Assembly (NCBI GenBank): GCA_002794465.1
Contig: MTSL01000077.1
Coordinates: forward strand, 17,211 to 28,277
Length of the DNA: 11,067 nucleotides
Source: Paramicrosporidium saccamoebae KSL3
Lineage: Eukaryota > Fungi > Cryptomycota
Direction of reading: 5' to 3'
This document shows, piece by piece, positions 6,743 through 11,067 of the stretch. The translations under genes and the position numbers were made by a program. Position 1 is the stretch's first letter. Each line of letters opens with the position of its first letter. Below the pieces are notes generated by a model. That model saw nothing but the letters and a program-made list of their open reading frames with translations. It made no database searches and was not told the origin of the DNA.

Positions 6743-8455
6743 ATGAAGCTGAGTTTGGCGATTTGTCCGGTCGGGCTCCTCGGTCTGGTCAGACCTGCAT
6801 TAACGCTACAGGCTAATCTAAATGTCAATTCCTTTGTCACAACCATGACAGAAGGCATTATCCAGACGCTGATAGCAGTTATTCGTCTCGATAAAGCAGG
6901 ACTGGAAGGGTTGCTGCAAGTTGTAACGAACAAGGAGACCAGAGTGCTCCATCTTTATGCGCAGTCCTGCAAATACTGGAAAGCTGTTGACTTGGACAGA
7001 ATACTTGGTTGGACTCGCGAACTGACCCCAGAGAATCGGGATGTAATTCTCGATCCTAACTGTCTTGCCAACGTTGACGCTGCTTTAAACGTATACGAAA
7101 ATCTAATTGCCCATGCGATCCCCTTTAAACCATCAAGGATGTACGGAAAATTTACTACGAAAAACTGGTTGGACGTATTTTCGTACATGCCGCCTGAATA
7201 TCTCTATAAATGGTGCCACAGGATCCCACCTACACTGTTGGAGAAGGATACACTTTCCAGCATCAACCTCGCCAAATATATGAACCACGAGTGCTTAGTA
7301 CGCGATTATGGGACAAAGCCGACCCTTAGTGCCTCTCTGAACAGACAATTATTGCGTGCCCCAGCCCACGACATGTCTCGCCTACTATTAAACATGGAAA
7401 ACGTCTACTATCCAAAACTGCAAGGTTTACGCCGTCAAATAGTCCATGTAGTCTGTAAGACTAAAGGTAACTCGGTGTTTGCTCGTTTAAACGCCGAAAA
7501 ACTCTTGTGCCCTAGTCGTGTCGACCATGATTTTGGGGAAGGACTACGAATCGCACTGACTGGAAGCGACTTGGACAATGATCAGCGCATCCTCCTGGTC
7601 CGTCTGGGATTGTACGTCCTTGGAATACAGGCCTTACTTAATGAACTTCGAGGAAATTGCAACCTGGTGGCTATTGAACCAACACAGGCGCTGATTAGAT
7701 TATCATTGGATATTGTCACAATGGATGTGCGCTTGCGCCGCGAACTATTCGACATTTTTGGCATCTCCTACGACGAATATATTTTGGGCCTCCCAGAGAA
7801 CCGGTTTAGCCGTAGAAAGTTTGAACTTGTCGGATCTCCCATAACATTCCAACTTCAATATCTCAAAAGATGGAATTTCTACCCTAGGCGCTACCTGGAA
7901 AGCAACAGTGCTAGGCCATCTGTGATCCCATTGGTACACATCTCGCACCCAAATGCTGACTATGCATATGTAAAAGATGCCATCACGAGCCTAATTTCAA
8001 ACCGCGGAAAGTTTATTATTCGACGGTATCTATCGCCTGGCAACTCTCCCGTGGTCCGTCCCCGAGTGTGGCTCTCTCCTGTCAATTTTGAGAACTTGCT
8101 CAACTTAATGCTGTACAGTCTAGTCCGGTTTCAGAAGCCTGCGGCCGTGTTGGATCGTCAGTTTTGCGCCCTCCTCCAACGACCAAGAAGCATGCGGGCT
8201 GAATTTAAAGAGGATTTTTTCTATCAAAATACTCCATTGGTGGAGGAACAGGTCCGCCAGCAATTATCTGCGCGCTTCCTCCATGGCACTAGAACGCTAG
8301 ATGAATTTACTAGGCATTACCAGCAATCGATTTCGCTGCTAAATCCTTCTTTTGAGTACGTACATATGCGATGGCGTTTGGCAAGCATTACTAAAAGGTC
8401 TGAATTATGCCTCCTGCTGACCCTCCATGACTTGAATAGTCCAGTCAGCTTCTAG
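6743..8455 (+). CDS. Secreted 8-Cys family protein, paralogue 4 (570 aa)
   Basis: The track start at 6653 is an ATG inside the last unit of the 20-bp repeat. ATG 6743 gives MKLSLAICPVGLLGLVRPALT, signal-like and in register with the paralogues. Has C-x30-C, WC-x25-CL, C-x17-C, FGISYD, VRPRVWLS, MLYSLVRFQ, LDRQFC and W-x11-C. Confidence 0.85.
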   Translation: MKLSLAICPVGLLGLVRPALTLQANLNVNSFVTTMTEGIIQTLIAVIRLDKAGLEGLLQVVTNKETRVLHLYAQSCKYWKAVDLDRILGWTRELTPENRDVILDPNCLANVDAALNVYENLIAHAIPFKPSRMYGKFTTKNWLDVFSYMPPEYLYKWCHRIPPTLLEKDTLSSINLAKYMNHECLVRDYGTKPTLSASLNRQLLRAPAHDMSRLLLNMENVYYPKLQGLRRQIVHVVCKTKGNSVFARLNAEKLLCPSRVDHDFGEGLRIALTGSDLDNDQRILLVRLGLYVLGIQALLNELRGNCNLVAIEPTQALIRLSLDIVTMDVRLRRELFDIFGISYDEYILGLPENRFSRRKFELVGSPITFQLQYLKRWNFYPRRYLESNSARPSVIPLVHISHPNADYAYVKDAITSLISNRGKFIIRRYLSPGNSPVVRPRVWLSPVNFENLLNLMLYSLVRFQKPAAVLDRQFCALLQRPRSMRAEFKEDFFYQNTPLVEEQVRQQLSARFLHGTRTLDEFTRHYQQSISLLNPSFEYVHMRWRLASITKRSELCLLLTLHDLNSPVSF

Positions 8456-9054
8456 ACACAACGTAGAAATACACGTTTTCCGTAACTAACTGAGATTGTG
8501 ATCCATAGTTTCGTTATTCGATAAAACAATGCTGCTGGACAGTATCCGCTTATAATTGGTGGCCCCGGCACAGATCTTTATGCTATCTTGCAATCCGATG
8601 TGTTGTATTGAGGATGGTGGTCTATAAACCACATACTTTAATAGAATTGTGTTATGTGGTGAATTGATTCGCGTTCAAAGAATGAGGACTCTTTATTTAG
8701 AACATTATCAGATGAAACAACTTGGCTTATAAGAACATACCATCCCACAAGAACAGCTCTTAAAGTGGGCGATAGTAGCTCTTATAAGTGTCCCACTGTC
8801 ACACCAGGGCCGTGGATATAAATTTCACAATGAGATATTCTCCCGTACTAATTCTTAAATTTACCTCCCCCCCCTCCCCATAATGGCATCCTAATCGGGA
8901 ACCGGCATCTGATGCACAAAAATCAAATTTACCGGGTTGGGCGGCGACGAGTGACTCATATCCATAGTAATATTCAACCTCATAGTCGCCCCAAATGCTC
9001 GTGATTTACCAGCATAGGCACCGACTACCAGCGGGCCATCCATTATCCATCGGA

Positions 9055-10896
9055 ATGCTCGTGGTTATTACTTTGCTGAGTGTCGTCGCTCATTGTGTCT
9101 ACGGCCTGGTCGGGCGGACTACTATGAGGAATCTTTCGGAAAACCACACTGGTCGCGCCGTGCAAACGGTCATCTCGAGTCTCGCTCGCGATTCCGACGG
9201 CTTTCCGTCGCTCGTTCGAATCCTGACAAATGCTCATTTTCTTGTCGGTTCGTTGTATACGGATACGTGTGCCACATGGTCTATAAATGATTTCGAGAGC
9301 GCAGTAAAGTATAGCAACACGCTGCATCCGCTACAGCGGGATAGGGTATTGCAGCGCGACTGCTTAAATAAGCTGCCGTTTCAGAAAGAGGCATACCAGA
9401 TCCTGCGAGATTCCAAGATCCCGACAAATCTACCCGAATTCATGAAAAGTCTTTTGGACCCGACCGAATGGCTAAAGGTGTTTTCTATCAGGTCGCCAGA
9501 GTACATCTCGAACTGGTGCCTGCTGATTCCCAAGGTGTTGCTCACTGCCGAGTTCTTGTCGAAAGTCAATTTGCCGTATTACATGAGCCCTAAGTGTCTC
9601 AATCAATCCTACGCAAACAAGAACCTTCTTGTGAATGCGCTGACGGAACAAATTGGTACTCGAAATCATTGGTCCTTGCTCAAATTGCTCAATACTCTCC
9701 GGTTTATTAACAGCAAACTTGCCACAGGTGTCAGGACAAAGCTCAAGCAGCGAATATGCGACAATGGGAGCAAGAAAATGTTCCACTTGATGAATGCAAC
9801 ATTCCTCCGGTGCAGCTGGGTCCGTTCGACTCGTCCCGAAGAAGTTTTGGATCTCATGCGGAAAAAGGTGCTCGACGGTGAGACCTTGGTGATGGCAATG
9901 AGAATGTGGATTAAACGTCTCAAAGTGGTGAATACCGTTTCAATGTTGGGTAAGAAGCACCACCAATGGCAGGTTCCCTATTCTCATGATAGCATCGTCC
10001 TGTTACAAGAATTAAGTGATGAAACGATTTTTCGACAGAAAACGTTCTTTGATTTCCTCGATTTAAATATTGAATATGTGGCCTACCATGCGCCGTTTAG
10101 TATTTGGAAAAATCGTAGTGAAGGACAGCTGAGTATATATTCCATGCCGTTGCGGTGGAGACTTTTGTACTATCGGGGATGGCAGATGCTCCCACGAGAG
10201 CGCCGGGCTCCTCGACAATGTCACGAATTTAAGCCATTCCACTACTGGAGTAAGCACAGTTTTGATGAAGCGAAACGCCGAATAGACAAATATTTAGCGG
10301 AGAGGAAATACTTCAACATGCAGTCTGGTTTAGTATTTCCAGTTCCATCAGTCCCTGAGCGCGTCTTGGAATTTGTTATTGGGGTTATGATTGCAAGCAT
10401 TATACAAAAGGGGGTAGACATGCTTCGCTTTGATCCCACTTATTGTGTCTCTCTTAGAACACAGGACATGCTGAGATTTTCGCAATCTAGCCTTCCCAGC
10501 TCAAATGGTTCTATGAGCGATTCTTCATCAGCCGAAGAGGACGGACTAAGATTTTCACAGTCCAGTCGAGGAGACTTGACTACCTCTATGAGTAATTTAT
10601 CACTGTCCAGGGGGGATGCGCTGAGATCCTCGCAGTCCAGTCGGGAAGACTTGTACGCTTCCATGAGCAATTTGTCACTAGCCGAGGATCTTCAAGAGTT
10701 GGAACTGTGTATGGAAGCACATCGTAAAGTCTTTTCAAAAGTCTACAAAGATTGGAAGCTTTCAGCGATGGTGGAAGAATCCAAGTTTTGCGAATTCTTG
10801 TCGACTGATATTGCCAGAGAAGTTTTAAAGTCGGCCATAGTTCATAATGATCCACGAACCCAACTTTACGAAGAGTACGGCTGTTCAACCCAGTGA
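9055..10896 (+). CDS. Secreted 8-Cys family protein, paralogue 5 (613 aa; start could be 8995) with Ser-rich repeat insertion
   Basis: Long ORF. ATG 9055 gives MLVVITLLSVVAHCVYG, signal-like; ATG 8995 adds 20 residues. Has C-x30-C, WC-x25-CL, C-x17-C, FDPTYC and W-x11-C. By hand alignment it shares 32 of 75 residues with paralogue 2 in the Cys4-Cys6 segment. Confidence 0.85.
   Translation: MLVVITLLSVVAHCVYGLVGRTTMRNLSENHTGRAVQTVISSLARDSDGFPSLVRILTNAHFLVGSLYTDTCATWSINDFESAVKYSNTLHPLQRDRVLQRDCLNKLPFQKEAYQILRDSKIPTNLPEFMKSLLDPTEWLKVFSIRSPEYISNWCLLIPKVLLTAEFLSKVNLPYYMSPKCLNQSYANKNLLVNALTEQIGTRNHWSLLKLLNTLRFINSKLATGVRTKLKQRICDNGSKKMFHLMNATFLRCSWVRSTRPEEVLDLMRKKVLDGETLVMAMRMWIKRLKVVNTVSMLGKKHHQWQVPYSHDSIVLLQELSDETIFRQKTFFDFLDLNIEYVAYHAPFSIWKNRSEGQLSIYSMPLRWRLLYYRGWQMLPRERRAPRQCHEFKPFHYWSKHSFDEAKRRIDKYLAERKYFNMQSGLVFPVPSVPERVLEFVIGVMIASIIQKGVDMLRFDPTYCVSLRTQDMLRFSQSSLPSSNGSMSDSSSAEEDGLRFSQSSRGDLTTSMSNLSLSRGDALRSSQSSREDLYASMSNLSLAEDLQELELCMEAHRKVFSKVYKDWKLSAMVEESKFCEFLSTDIAREVLKSAIVHNDPRTQLYEEYGCSTQ
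10465..10689 (+). repeat. Coding tandem repeat, 3 x 75 nt (25 aa), inside paralogue 5
   Basis: DMLRFSQSSLPSSNGSMSDSSSAEE / DGLRFSQSSRGDLTTSMSNLSLSRG / DALRSSQSSREDLYASMSNLSLAED, starting at 10465, 10540 and 10615. Confidence 0.92.
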
Positions 10897-10916
10897 TAAA
10901 GAGTGGGTGGGTGAGG

Positions 10917-10972
10917 GTAAGATAGCAATATAGTAAGATAATAAGACAGTAAGATAGTAAGATGGTAATGTG
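10917..10972. repeat. 8-bp tandem repeat (GTAAGATA) x7, degenerate
   Basis: GTAAGATA GCAATATA GTAAGATA ATAAGACA GTAAGATA GTAAGATG GTAATGTG, in exact 8-nt register downstream of the paralogue 5 stop. Confidence 0.85.
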
Positions 10973-11067
10973 ACGTAGAAGACTGATTAGCATGTCTTTT
11001 GGAAATAGTTCTCTTGTTTGGAGAAGGGATAATCAGAACAATCGATGAAGGATAATGAGATCTTTAC

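Noticed and set aside
986-10896. Assignment of the family to oomycete RXLR/WY effectors, LRR proteins or membrane proteins
   Set aside because: There is no RxLR-dEER after the signal peptides, no LxxLxL periodicity and no internally repeated WY units that I can see. The conserved hydrophobic helix near the C-terminus is short and interrupted by Arg/Glu/Asn, so it is more likely buried than membrane-spanning.
10586-10993. 135-aa minus-strand ORF with a hydrophobic N-terminus
   Set aside because: The hydrophobic stretch is just the translation of the 8-bp repeat, and the rest is antisense to paralogue 5.

Overview
Eukaryotic, very gene-dense DNA, with every credible gene on the + strand. The supplied prokaryote-style ORF track mis-starts several genes. 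In order: a small predicted secreted protein (97..423); RNA polymerase II subunit RPB4, split by a 32-nt GT-AG intron (469..529 + 562..926); and a head-to-tail array of five intronless, highly diverged paralogues (about 520-615 aa) that I cannot assign to any known family. All five have signal-peptide-like N-termini and share an 8-cysteine scaffold with nearly invariant spacing (C-x30/31-C, C-x25-C, C-x17-C, and a C-terminal pair). Paralogue 3 has lost exactly one pair, and paralogue 5 carries three 25-aa Ser-rich repeats in a hypervariable loop. The spacers hold unrelated tandem repeats (55/34-bp, 20-bp x8, 8-bp x7) and a recurring AGTATCC motif. The tiny intron and 45-59-nt spacers suggest a reduced-genome eukaryote, possibly a Rozellomycota or early microsporidian relative; this is inference only. 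The best candidate for an undescribed system is the secreted 8-Cys helical protein family, a possible host-interaction or effector cluster.
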